Part shown: positions 10,457-19,199 of the stretch, one piece after another
Layout: each line of letters begins with the position of its first letter
Position numbering within the stretch: position 1 is the first letter of the stretch
The notes under the pieces: generated by a model
What the model saw: only the letters and a program-made list of their open reading frames with translations
What the model was told of the DNA's origin: nothing
Databases searched by the model: none
NCBI GenBank assembly: GCA_965222605.1
Contig: OZ244960.1
Span: forward strand, 5,408,001-5,472,000
Direction: 5' to 3'
DNA length: 64,000 nucleotides
Origin: Candidatus Latescibacterota bacterium
GTDB lineage: Bacteria; Latescibacterota; UBA2968
Program-made: the position numbers and the translations under genes

Positions 10457-11350
10457 TTATTTATTGAGCATACTATACAGGCGTGGGATCTGTTCGACCA
10501 GGATTTCTGCCCTGGTCATCTTTTCCCACACGTCGCCGACTCCACCATATTCGAATGTCACAATCCACGGTCGCCCCCACGTACCATTGTTAATCTGATC
10601 TATCACCCATGCCAAGAACGACCAGTCATCGTGCCCCATTGGCATGTGATCCACCAAACGGCCCTCGACGCGCTGGATAATTGCTTCATCCACTCCTATC
10701 TGGCGTGCCATCTCTATGTAGGTTCCTTCAATCCGGTGGATGCCAGTGATATGAAGTTCTTCGATGTGTTGGACTGGCAAGTCTGTAATATACTCACGTG
10801 CGTCGATACCCAAATAGTCGGCAGCCAGGCGAGCATGAGATACATCTAAAAGCAACCCACAACCCGTCTCCGCTACTATCTGACAAATGACTTCTGATAA
10901 GAACGCTGGACGTAATACGTTGTGTGTTCTTCCATCGAAATCGTTCTCAACAACTACCCGCTCTGCTCCAAAACGCCGGACTACGGCACTCACATCCCGG
11001 ATCATATTATCTCTCAGCATTTCGATATGTATCGGATCCGTGGTATTGGCCGATACTTCTGGGTAATCAGTATCTTCTGGTGCCAGATGCAGGTTTATAA
11101 AAGGTGTGTCTGTTTGTTCCATTAGACCTTCGACCTGATCCCACTTGGCTGGCTGATTGGTATGGGGATTCACTGCATCAGAGATACCCAGGCCTACCTT
11201 AAGTGGAAAGTGTAGGTAAACGGGGTGACTTTCTTGAATCGTTGTAATTTGGTCAAACAAATGGTCAGAACACTTGAAACGTTCGAAGGCAATCTGCTGC
11301 TGCCGCAGCAACTCTGCCGCTTGGATAGAATAATTTACAGCAAGTTTCAT
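10457..11350 (-). CDS. DUF692 / MNIO-like TIM-barrel metalloenzyme
   Basis: NLHL, VVEND, GLLLDVSHA, EELHITG, DH and FEYG pattern typical of DUF692. Confidence 0.65.
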   Translation of the reverse strand: MKLAVNYSIQAAELLRQQQIAFERFKCSDHLFDQITTIQESHPVYLHFPLKVGLGISDAVNPHTNQPAKWDQVEGLMEQTDTPFINLHLAPEDTDYPEVSANTTDPIHIEMLRDNMIRDVSAVVRRFGAERVVVENDFDGRTHNVLRPAFLSEVICQIVAETGCGLLLDVSHARLAADYLGIDAREYITDLPVQHIEELHITGIHRIEGTYIEMARQIGVDEAIIQRVEGRLVDHMPMGHDDWSFLAWVIDQINNGTWGRPWIVTFEYGGVGDVWEKMTRAEILVEQIPRLYSMLNK

Positions 11351-11438
11351 AGCTGTCTCTCCAGCAATAATTCTGATTCGCTACCTAAATGTGTAAATAA
11401 ACGAAAGCGATTAGCCTCGGTTTTTTATTTTTTTCCAT

Positions 11439-12239
11439 TTACTTGGTTACCGACCAGTAGGTATTGGTGATATGTGGTGAGCCCACGTAGGGTTTGCCGT
11501 CGTGGCTCCCGTATAATTCCCACTGGTCAAATCCACTCAACCGTAGTAGCAACTGAAATTCCTTCTTGTGAATCCATCGAGCTTGCATTGGCACTTTGGC
11601 CGTCTCCCCGTCATACTCAAAGGTCCAAGTGTAGGTTTCCGTCTGCGATGTCAGGTCACATATTTTCGAGTAATTAACCCGAATCGGCTTCCCCGTCTCG
11701 GGGTGCATGCACTCACCGAACTCCTCCTCTGCTGGCGGGGTGTCTTGGTGAAGGAGTATGTCTTCTGTGTAGGAAGGAATGTAGAAGTTCAGGAGTAGGC
11801 GTCCTCCTGGCTGCAAATGCTCATAGACACGTCGAAGGCAGTTAATTTGGCTTTGCTGAGTCGGCAGCATCATGAAGGAACTGGCAGGTATGAGAACCGC
11901 TGCAAATTGGCGGTCATAGATAAAATCGGCAAGATCGTGTTGTGAGATTCGAGAATCTATATCTGAAATTCCCAAATCTATTGCCTTGTATCTGAGCACT
12001 TCCAACATGGGAAGCGAAACATCAAACCCAAAGATATCAAACCCATCCAGAAGCAGAGGCAGCATTTTACAACCCGTTCCACAGGCAGCCTCCAATATCG
12101 AACCACGCGTGTTCTGCAATTGATTTCGGTAAAAGTGTAACTCCCGTTCATTTAGTGCAGAGCGGCCACCAGTCTCGTTCCATTGATCATAGATTAGTGC
12201 CCACCAACGGGTATCATAGTTACTTCCAGTCTCTTGCAT
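11439..12239 (-). CDS. Class I SAM-dependent methyltransferase
   Basis: ILEAACGTG motif I, GFDVS, HLQPGGRL. Confidence 0.88.
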   Translation of the reverse strand: MQETGSNYDTRWWALIYDQWNETGGRSALNERELHFYRNQLQNTRGSILEAACGTGCKMLPLLLDGFDIFGFDVSLPMLEVLRYKAIDLGISDIDSRISQHDLADFIYDRQFAAVLIPASSFMMLPTQQSQINCLRRVYEHLQPGGRLLLNFYIPSYTEDILLHQDTPPAEEEFGECMHPETGKPIRVNYSKICDLTSQTETYTWTFEYDGETAKVPMQARWIHKKEFQLLLRLSGFDQWELYGSHDGKPYVGSPHITNTYWSVTK

Positions 12240-12306
12240 GAGTACCCCTATGCAAAGATAGGTTTGGCTTTTTCTTTGTGAACCCGCATAGAAAGGCCAC
12301 TTTGAA

Positions 12307-12831
12307 TTACGTTTGGAGCCTTTGAAAGGCTTTAAGAGTTGATGAATCAGTGACTATTTCCCTTGCGGCTTCAATAGTCAACCATTTGGTAGCATAGAAT
12401 TCCTGTAGATCAATGTTGAAATTGCTGCCATCTGTAAGAAGCAAATACCAGATGTCATAATGAGACTGACAAGGTTGCACAGGATTTTCTATTGGTGTAA
12501 TGGTAAACAAAAACGGTTGTGGTTCGGATTTGAAAAAGCTCCATATTCCCAATTCTTCACCTATCTCACGGTTCAAAGCTGCCAAAAGCGTCTCGTCTTT
12601 ATCTATATGACCACCAGGAGAAAGCCAAAGGCCAGACTTTTTATGGTGGATGACAAATACCTTTTTGCTCTGGGAATCATAGGGCAGAAAATAGACACAA
12701 AAGTGGGTCTCCGGATTTTCATCTCGCGTTGGTTTTCCTTCTTTCACTCTTTGTTTATAGCGACTATAGGTTTTCCCATTGTCACATATATCATGGTCGA
12801 TAACTTTTGCAATTGATTCTTGTGTTTTCAT
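12307..12831 (-). CDS. NUDIX hydrolase
   Basis: GGHIDKDETLLAALNREIGEELG Nudix box. Confidence 0.9.
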   Translation of the reverse strand: MKTQESIAKVIDHDICDNGKTYSRYKQRVKEGKPTRDENPETHFCVYFLPYDSQSKKVFVIHHKKSGLWLSPGGHIDKDETLLAALNREIGEELGIWSFFKSEPQPFLFTITPIENPVQPCQSHYDIWYLLLTDGSNFNIDLQEFYATKWLTIEAAREIVTDSSTLKAFQRLQT

Positions 12832-13038
12832 AGCGGCTTTTCGGGTAGGTTCCGTTGAGCAACGTGTTAGAAGAAGCAGTGTCGATTAAATCCTTCTAAT
12901 TCGTTAGTGATATGTGCAAGAATCGTTGCTCGAAAGGGCACTGAAACGGATTGAATGGAGCCGTCATCCCTGCTTCTTTTTTCATGCCCTGTGCATACGC
13001 TAAAGAGTGACCATCATCTAAAAAACAACCTGCGCGCA

Positions 13039-13058
13039 TAACCGCGCTGTTATACGCT
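13039..13058 (-). repeat. Collapsed attC-like site
   Basis: Minus strand reads GTATAAC-agcgcg-GTTATGC: inverse core and core only 6 nt apart. Confidence 0.35.
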
Positions 13059-13142
13059 GGCAGAAATCCAACCCTACTGGTTTAACTCATCTTTCAATTC
13101 CATTCGGATGAATAAGCACTGTTGTTATGCGTTGTGGGCTTC

Positions 13143-14204
13143 TCAATCAGGTTCGACTGCATTCTCCAAAATGGTAAATTTGCGCCAATCAGAGTCGATT
13201 TCTGCTTGAATTCTATACGGAAGAACGAACATCGGATCTGTGTGCCCGAAATCCATCTGCGTAATTATGGGGAGCGAAGTCAATCCTTCCTCGTCAGCGA
13301 CTATCTGAAGTATGGCATCGTCATAAGCATGAAACGAATCAGGCGACAACTCGTGGCCACCTGGTCTTCCAAAGAGAATCCCACTCAAAGATGGAAGAAT
13401 ATCCATCGCAGCAAGAGACCGGAAAAACCTGGTTACCGTACTTGGCGGCGGTGTTTCTTCAGACGTTTCGATAAAGAGTATCGCGCCTTCCCACACTTCC
13501 TTGTTAGGCCAAACGTCTGTACTTCTTATCCAGTCGAGAACTTCGAGGCAACCACCTATGAGGTGTCCTTCCGCTTGCCCTTCTCCCTGGAGATACTGCC
13601 AACCCGCAGAGCCTTGAAGGATCCTCTTTCTTTTTTGATTCGCAGGATTTGCCCAGTCAAGACGTTCGACGGTCCAGCCATCTCGATTCTCCGGTATTTC
13701 ACCAATATTTCCAGAATCAAATAAGGTCCGTCTAACGGAGTTCACCATGTAGGGAAACAACCCACCGTTCTCGGCAAATCCCGCCATAATTGCTGGACCA
13801 TAAAAGGAGACAATGCCCGCCTTTAGGCACGCAAAGTGGGAAACGGTCGTATCGGAATATCCCACGAAGGGCTTCGGATTATTCCTGATAAGATCAAGGT
13901 CTAGGTGACGAAGAATTCTAATCGAGTCATCGCCGCCAATAGTCGATATAATTCCTTTGATTTCTGAGTTTGAAAAGGCTTCCATCAAGTCATCCGCACG
14001 CGCTTTTGGATTCTCAAAGAGCCATTTTGGCTCTCTGAGTGTATGAGGCATCTCGATCACGACTAGGCCAAATGCTTCTTCCAGTTGCTTTTTTCCAGCT
14101 TCATATCGATGTGGAATTAGCCCCGGTCCACCCCATGACAGAGATACAGTGGCTACCTTATCTCCCTCTTGAAGCTTTGGTGGTTTAGTAAGCGATGGTT
14201 TCAT
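13143..14204 (-). CDS. S66 family peptidase (LD-carboxypeptidase / MccF-like)
   Basis: STIGGDDS, GYSDTT catalytic Ser, GGCLEV, FIETSE, DFGHTDP catalytic His. Flanked by GTTATGC upstream and the complementary GCATAAC just after the stop. Confidence 0.9.
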   Translation of the reverse strand: MKPSLTKPPKLQEGDKVATVSLSWGGPGLIPHRYEAGKKQLEEAFGLVVIEMPHTLREPKWLFENPKARADDLMEAFSNSEIKGIISTIGGDDSIRILRHLDLDLIRNNPKPFVGYSDTTVSHFACLKAGIVSFYGPAIMAGFAENGGLFPYMVNSVRRTLFDSGNIGEIPENRDGWTVERLDWANPANQKRKRILQGSAGWQYLQGEGQAEGHLIGGCLEVLDWIRSTDVWPNKEVWEGAILFIETSEETPPPSTVTRFFRSLAAMDILPSLSGILFGRPGGHELSPDSFHAYDDAILQIVADEEGLTSLPIITQMDFGHTDPMFVLPYRIQAEIDSDWRKFTILENAVEPD

Positions 14205-14229
14205 TTTAGTAAATGGCGACTCCCGTTAC

Positions 14230-14290
14230 GCATAACGTTTTCCGGTTTGCGAATCCGCGAAGCGGGTTGCCGAAGGGCAAGCAGCACAGC
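14230..14290 (-). repeat. attC-like right half upstream of the S66 peptidase
   Basis: Minus strand ...ccttcggcaacccgcttcgcggattcgcaaaccggaaaacGTTATGC; the matching GCATAAC lies at about 13125-13131 after the gene, as expected for a cassette. Confidence 0.5.
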
Positions 14291-14372
14291 ACGCACCGTC
14301 CCCCTAATTGTCTTTTATTTTTAACGCCGGGAATCTAATGGATTCGCCACTGATGTCAATCAGATACGAAGT

Positions 14373-14477
14373 TGGCAGAGGGTGTGGGAATCGAACCCAT
14401 ATACGAGATATCCTACAGGATACTCGTAGCCCTCGGTTTGGAAGCCTCGGGGCCGACACCATCGGCTCTCACCCCCT
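14373..14477 (-). tRNA. Non-canonical tRNA-Sec-like gene with 8/4 fold (allo-tRNA-like); anticodon loop CUUCCAAA
   Basis: Acceptor AGGGGGTG/CACCCTCT (8 bp, G3.U70), G73, encoded CCA; T arm TGGG-TTCGATT-CCCA (4 bp); D arm GCCGA-TGGTG-TCGGC; variable arm TACGAG.TATCCT-GT-AGGATA.T.CTCGTA; TATGAT about 20 nt upstream. Confidence 0.75.
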
Positions 14478-14598
14478 GCTCAATAATTCGACGATATCAT
14501 AAAATGGAATGTTTCGGCTGGGATAGGGAAGACTACACATTGTTCTTTTTGAAGTGCATCGACCGGGTTTTTCGTCGCTGCGATGAGGACTGACTTGC

Positions 14599-15861
14599 CT
14601 ATTCTGTCACAACCGCTTCAGGTGGGACACGAACTGATGACAATATCAAGTAGGTAAAGGCCATCATCATTACAGCAGCTGAAATCAATAGTGTTGCCTC
14701 CCAGCCAAAAGTTTCACCAAGGTAGCCACCTGACAACGCCGCAATCGGAATTATTCCGAATACGACAAGACGCCTGGTGGCATTAATTCTACCTAACAGT
14801 CTATCCGGAGTCACTGCTTGCCTCAGGCTAACTTGGCTTATGCTAAAGAGGGTCAACGCCAGGCTAAAGACTGCTTGGATAGCAATGACGGCAGGGAGCT
14901 TCATCCAACCGAAGTAGCCTGCAAAAGGAAGCACTCCCATCGCAATCCCCTCAAGTAGCGACGCAATGATCAACAACCAGCCTGCACCCATCCGCTTTGC
15001 AAGTGGAACAGCGGATAGGGCCCCGATAATCGAGGCACCTCCTGCAACAGATCCGATGATTCCCAGCCAGATCGGAGTAATGTCCAGGGTGCGAATAAGA
15101 AAAAGTGTCCAAACTGTATGTTGTACAGCACCTGCTGCACTTGCGAGAGCCGTCCCGATAGTCATGGCTCTCAGAATAGGGTGACTAAATAGGATCGATA
15201 TTCCCTCCTTGATGGCAGCTATCACCCCCTGGTCCATCCTGGTCTTGATATCATCAGATTCATCAAATCGGATCCTCGATAGGAGCAGACCAGATAAAAA
15301 GTACGAAACTGAATCCACAAGTATTGCCAACGGCGCACCCAGAATGTCCACAAGGTATCCAGCTGCTCCGGGTCCTGCTACATTCGTTGTTGAAGTGCTT
15401 AGCTGAAGTCGGGCATTCCCCTCGACCAGATCTTCCCGTTTCACGATGGAAGGCAAAAACGATGTCGAGGCAAGGACGTACATCATCGCGAGTGTACCAC
15501 CTGTAAAAGCCACAATATATAGCAACTCTATGGATAGCCAGCCAAACAAAGCTGCTGCAGGGACCAGACTTATGACCAATCCTTGTCCGAACGCACTCGC
15601 GACCAGTATGGGCTTTCGTTTGGCCCGATCAATCCAGACACCAGCCAAGAGTGCAAAGAGAAGTACTGGAAGATGCCATGACGCGTTGAGGAATCCCATT
15701 TCCTTCGCGCCAACCTGAAGAGTTATCACTGCAACAAGGGGGAGGGCAAGGTTGGTGACAGAAGAACCAAGATCCGAAATAGTGACTCCGCTCCAGAGCT
15801 TGGCAAAGTCAGAATTGGAGCACGCCAGCCGAAAGAGGCCGCCCTCAGATGCTCTATTCAT
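14599..15861 (-). CDS. MFS transporter (DHA3/H+ antiporter-like)
   Basis: About 12 hydrophobic segments; AGVWIDRAKRK motif A; LRQAVTPDRLLGR. Confidence 0.9.
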   Translation of the reverse strand: MNRASEGGLFRLACSNSDFAKLWSGVTISDLGSSVTNLALPLVAVITLQVGAKEMGFLNASWHLPVLLFALLAGVWIDRAKRKPILVASAFGQGLVISLVPAAALFGWLSIELLYIVAFTGGTLAMMYVLASTSFLPSIVKREDLVEGNARLQLSTSTTNVAGPGAAGYLVDILGAPLAILVDSVSYFLSGLLLSRIRFDESDDIKTRMDQGVIAAIKEGISILFSHPILRAMTIGTALASAAGAVQHTVWTLFLIRTLDITPIWLGIIGSVAGGASIIGALSAVPLAKRMGAGWLLIIASLLEGIAMGVLPFAGYFGWMKLPAVIAIQAVFSLALTLFSISQVSLRQAVTPDRLLGRINATRRLVVFGIIPIAALSGGYLGETFGWEATLLISAAVMMMAFTYLILSSVRVPPEAVVTE

Positions 15862-15929
15862 TCGAAATATCCTCTATATGGTGGTTCGTCTGTTTAGTTT
15901 TTGTGGGCAATGAAACCCATCTGGTTTTT

Positions 15930-16475
15930 CTATAAGATAGTCCGTGCAATCCGAATAGAACCTTCCAAAAGAATCTCTCTGTGTTCGTCTTTCCTCTCGG
16001 TTCTCCAGTATTCTCGTGCCCTCTCAAACATTGATTCGAGAGTTTCAGACTCTTCAAAATAGCTTATGAGATCCATATTCGCAGCAAACACACGAGAGCA
16101 ATCAACAATCTCAACTTCGTAGAGTTCAGCGTCTGCTCTTTTCGAATTGAACCGTCTGGCAACACTCTCGTCTGTCCAGAGGAAGAGGCAATCAAATCGA
16201 CTTGGTCTATATGGAAACTCTCTGAGGCGCACCGCCTCCCAGGCGACTTCCAACAGGACACTTCCCGTTGAGGCCGCATCTGGAACCGTCACGGTGAGAG
16301 GACTGGTTTGCACTTTGATCAGGGTTTGGCGCATCAGATGGTCTTGAAAGTTCCCCGGTTTCACAAGGGTCCCAGAAGAAAGCCCGGACTTCGCTGACCA
16401 AAACAGTAGAGCTTCTCGACCAATATCAAGAGCCATTGTGTTGGGTGCGTCCCTGTAGTGGTTTAGTTTTGCCAC
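15930..16475 (-). CDS. Hypothetical protein (DUF2441-like)
   Basis: WEAVRLREFPYRPSRFDCLF...AREYW...EILLEG pattern; preceded by an attC-like half site. Confidence 0.55.
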   Translation of the reverse strand: MAKLNHYRDAPNTMALDIGREALLFWSAKSGLSSGTLVKPGNFQDHLMRQTLIKVQTSPLTVTVPDAASTGSVLLEVAWEAVRLREFPYRPSRFDCLFLWTDESVARRFNSKRADAELYEVEIVDCSRVFAANMDLISYFEESETLESMFERAREYWRTERKDEHREILLEGSIRIARTIL

Positions 16476-16513
16476 AGCTATGCCTCGCTCTTCTATGTGG
16501 GAAAGACAGCTTG

Positions 16514-16545
16514 CGTGTAACGCCTGCGCCTCGCCTCCGGTAAGC
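16514..16545 (-). repeat. attC-like right half
   Basis: Minus strand ccggaggcgaggcgcaggcGTTACAC, about 40 nt upstream of the 15930-16475 start. Confidence 0.4.
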
Positions 16546-16555
16546 CCTACCTATG

Positions 16556-16996
16556 TTACGTCCCGCTGGCGTCGCGCAATTCTCGCTTCTTCACCATCCT
16601 GGATAGCAACGCCGATCCGACAGCTGAGACTGTGCTCAGTAGAGTCACGGAACCGATTATTACGATCCCCCACAGCCACAGCGGGAGTTCGGTATTCGCC
16701 GTCCCGACAACAAAGGGAAGCACGCCCACCAGCAGACCACTCACCGCCCCTCAGGCGCTGACTCGTGAAAGCGACAACTCAGCGAATCTGCGACGGCCCT
16801 CTGCAATCCCAAGCACTGCGGAAAAGACCGCACCGCAAAGGAAGCCCGGATACGCTCCCACCGCCACCCACATTTCCTCCATGGAATCGCTCGGGTCCAC
16901 AATCATCCCTATCAGCACACCAATCGGTGCCCATACCACGGCCCAGGTCAGGGCCATCAAGACTGCACCGCGGATACGTCTCAGCCATGTATTCAT
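16556..16996 (-). pseudogene. Membrane protein interrupted by one in-frame TGA
   Basis: ORFs 16751-16996 and 16556-16744 share a frame (LSLSRVSA*GAVSGLLVG); TGA at 16751-16753; four TM-like segments overall. Confidence 0.7.
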
Positions 16997-17077
16997 TTGA
17001 TACCTCCCTGTGACTTGGATCTTCTCCACCAATCCTAACGATCAGATCTACGTCACGAAAACCGACTGGCAGAGCTT

Positions 17078-17535
17078 TTATTCAGACTTACGACAGGAAA
17101 AAACGACGATATCATGCTCCGATGGTTCGGTGTCCCCGTAAGCTTTCGTCGTCTGTATATCCATAAATCCTGCGGTACGTAGCATTTCTTCAAATTCAAC
17201 TGTGTCATAAAACCGTTCATTATAGTCGAACAGTTCAGTCGTAGTGAGTTCTCCATTCATATACACTTCATATTTGGTTAGGTTGCGAATGACTCGTCCA
17301 CCGTCTCTTTCAGACCATAATGAAGTAATCCAAACGGTCGAACCATCAAGCCGGTCTTCGATTTCAATTTCCGTTTCGCCTGATTTTCCAAACTCACCTT
17401 CTTCAAGTGGCGTCTTGACGTCCAGAACAAACCATCCACCGGGCAAGAGATAGTCCCAGAGTTTCTGGAGAGATTTCCGAGCAGATTCCTTTTCATAGAG
17501 ATGACCAAATGAACGGTCCGGGATGAAAATGAATC
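17078..17535 (-). pseudogene. C-terminal part of a SAM methyltransferase, 5' end replaced by the GNAT gene
   Basis: GFIFIPDRSFGHLY...LLPGGWFVLD...LRTAGF; SAM-binding motif I is absent. Confidence 0.7.
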
Positions 17536-18074
17536 CATTTGTCCCGATACAAGAGAAATACAGACCGCTCGGGCAACATGTGGTCCTCAAATTCGCCTCT
17601 ACCCAGTCCAGGGGGTACACGCTCGATCTCCTCAAAATCCAGCCGGTGGAGAAGCCGGACAGACCGTTTGTTTGCAACAACGCATCTGGCTTCAATTTCG
17701 TCCAGATCCAAATCTTCAAAACCTACCTGCAGGATGCTTCGGACAGCCTCTGATGCAAAGCCCTGACCCCAATAAACGGGCGACAATTCGTAGCCTATGT
17801 CACCCCGCCGGCTCTCAATGCTTTCTGTGCGTATTCCGCAGTTACCGAGTAATATCCCATTTGAGCGGTCTGTGATGGCGAACTGGAACTTGCATCTCGG
17901 ACTTTCTTTGGACCATGCGATGCACTTATCTACAAAGCGGACGCACTCCTCTCTGGTGTAGGCGGGCCGGTAGTAGTATTCCAGATACCTTGGGTCCCTT
18001 CTGAACTCGACGATGGCGTCCACGTCTTGTTTGGTGAACTCCCTCAGAAGTAAGCGTTCAGTCAACTTTTCCAA
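17493..18074 (-). CDS. RimJ/RimL-family GNAT acetyltransferase, copy 1 (module A)
   Basis: TERLLLREF, DIGYELSPVYWGQGFASEA, NKRSVRLL; near-identical to 20401-20964. Confidence 0.85.
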   Translation of the reverse strand: MEKLTERLLLREFTKQDVDAIVEFRRDPRYLEYYYRPAYTREECVRFVDKCIAWSKESPRCKFQFAITDRSNGILLGNCGIRTESIESRRGDIGYELSPVYWGQGFASEAVRSILQVGFEDLDLDEIEARCVVANKRSVRLLHRLDFEEIERVPPGLGRGEFEDHMLPERSVFLLYRDKWIHFHPGPFIWSSL

Positions 18075-18150
18075 TTTGGCCTTCCTCAATTCATAGCCTC
18101 TTTTCAAAAAAAATCACATCAAACCCGGATATCTTCTGTCGTTCTATTTC
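18075..18150 (-). repeat. 3' fragment of GNAT gene 30752-31210 (module B)
   Basis: Encodes EIERQKISGFDVIFFEKRL* plus trailer, matching 30736-30811. Confidence 0.85.
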
Positions 18151-18155
18151 CAAAG

Positions 18156-18893
18156 TTACATTTTTCTGACTATAAAGTATGCACGTCTGCCCAGCTCATA
18201 GGGCTCGCAATCCAGTGACGAAAAAGTATCGCACACCTCGAAACCCACCTCGGAAAAGAGAAATGTCAACTCTCGAAATCCATAGACCCGCATAGAGCTT
18301 GTCTTCGTCTCGGAAATTCCGTTCGCAACCAAAGTCCATTCATTATCAATCCGGCTCTCCGTGTGTCTGTATTTCGTGTCATCCAGGACAGTAGTTTCAC
18401 CTACTTTGCTCCAACTGCGGAGCTGGAGTCTTGGGAGTATTGTTTCTGCGACGTTGGGAATATCCAGAGCAAATCTCGAACCAGTCTTGAGCGTTCGATG
18501 CACTGCCTCGAGGAATCGCCTATTTCCGTCGTCGTCGAAGTATCCAAAACTTCCCCAAAAACAGAATGCCGCATCGAATGTCTCAATCCAGGACAGATCC
18601 CTCATATCCGTCTCAACAAGCTCAAGACCAAGATTCGCTCCTTGTGAAGCGGATTGCGCCTCTTGAAGAAGGACGGTTGTAATGTCAACGCCGGTTACTT
18701 TATAGCCTCTCTCAGCCAGAGGAATCGCCAATCTACCATTGCCACACGGCACATCGAGAACCCGACAACCTGGCTTCAAATTGAGCACGCGCACGAGGAA
18801 ATCTACCTCTTCTGAGGTACGCTCTGCTCGCATGTTTCTTTGAACGTCGAGCCAATTTCCAGAAAAAAAAGTGGTCCACCATTCAGTACTCAC
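18156..18893 (-). CDS. Class I SAM-dependent methyltransferase
   Basis: VLDVPCGNGR, VTGVD, DMRDL, FWGSFGYF. Confidence 0.88.
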   Translation of the reverse strand: MSTEWWTTFFSGNWLDVQRNMRAERTSEEVDFLVRVLNLKPGCRVLDVPCGNGRLAIPLAERGYKVTGVDITTVLLQEAQSASQGANLGLELVETDMRDLSWIETFDAAFCFWGSFGYFDDDGNRRFLEAVHRTLKTGSRFALDIPNVAETILPRLQLRSWSKVGETTVLDDTKYRHTESRIDNEWTLVANGISETKTSSMRVYGFRELTFLFSEVGFEVCDTFSSLDCEPYELGRRAYFIVRKM

Positions 18894-19199
18894 ATTTCGT
18901 CTCCAATCTCGGATCACTTTGCCGGGGTGGGGTTGGGGGCTTTCACAGAACGACAAGCCTGAGATCAAATCATGATATATTCCGCTATCAGTTTCTTCAA
19001 CGCTTTGCCTTTTTCAGCTATCTCCTGACTCTCAAAATGTCGAATTTCAAAAAGTCTCACTAAACTCTCATAAAGATCCGCAATCTCAGAATCTCAACAA
19101 TCTGTTCATTAATCCGCTTATCATAGGCAATAGGAGTGCATCCGTATTTGTTGAATAGAAAGGCCTTCAAACATAATCCTATCTACAAGCAGGCGGCGT

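Noticed and set aside
14373-14477. Canonical selC (tRNA-Sec)
   Set aside because: The fold is 8/4 rather than 8/5, the loop is CUUCCAAA rather than CUUCAAA, and no sel genes are in the window.
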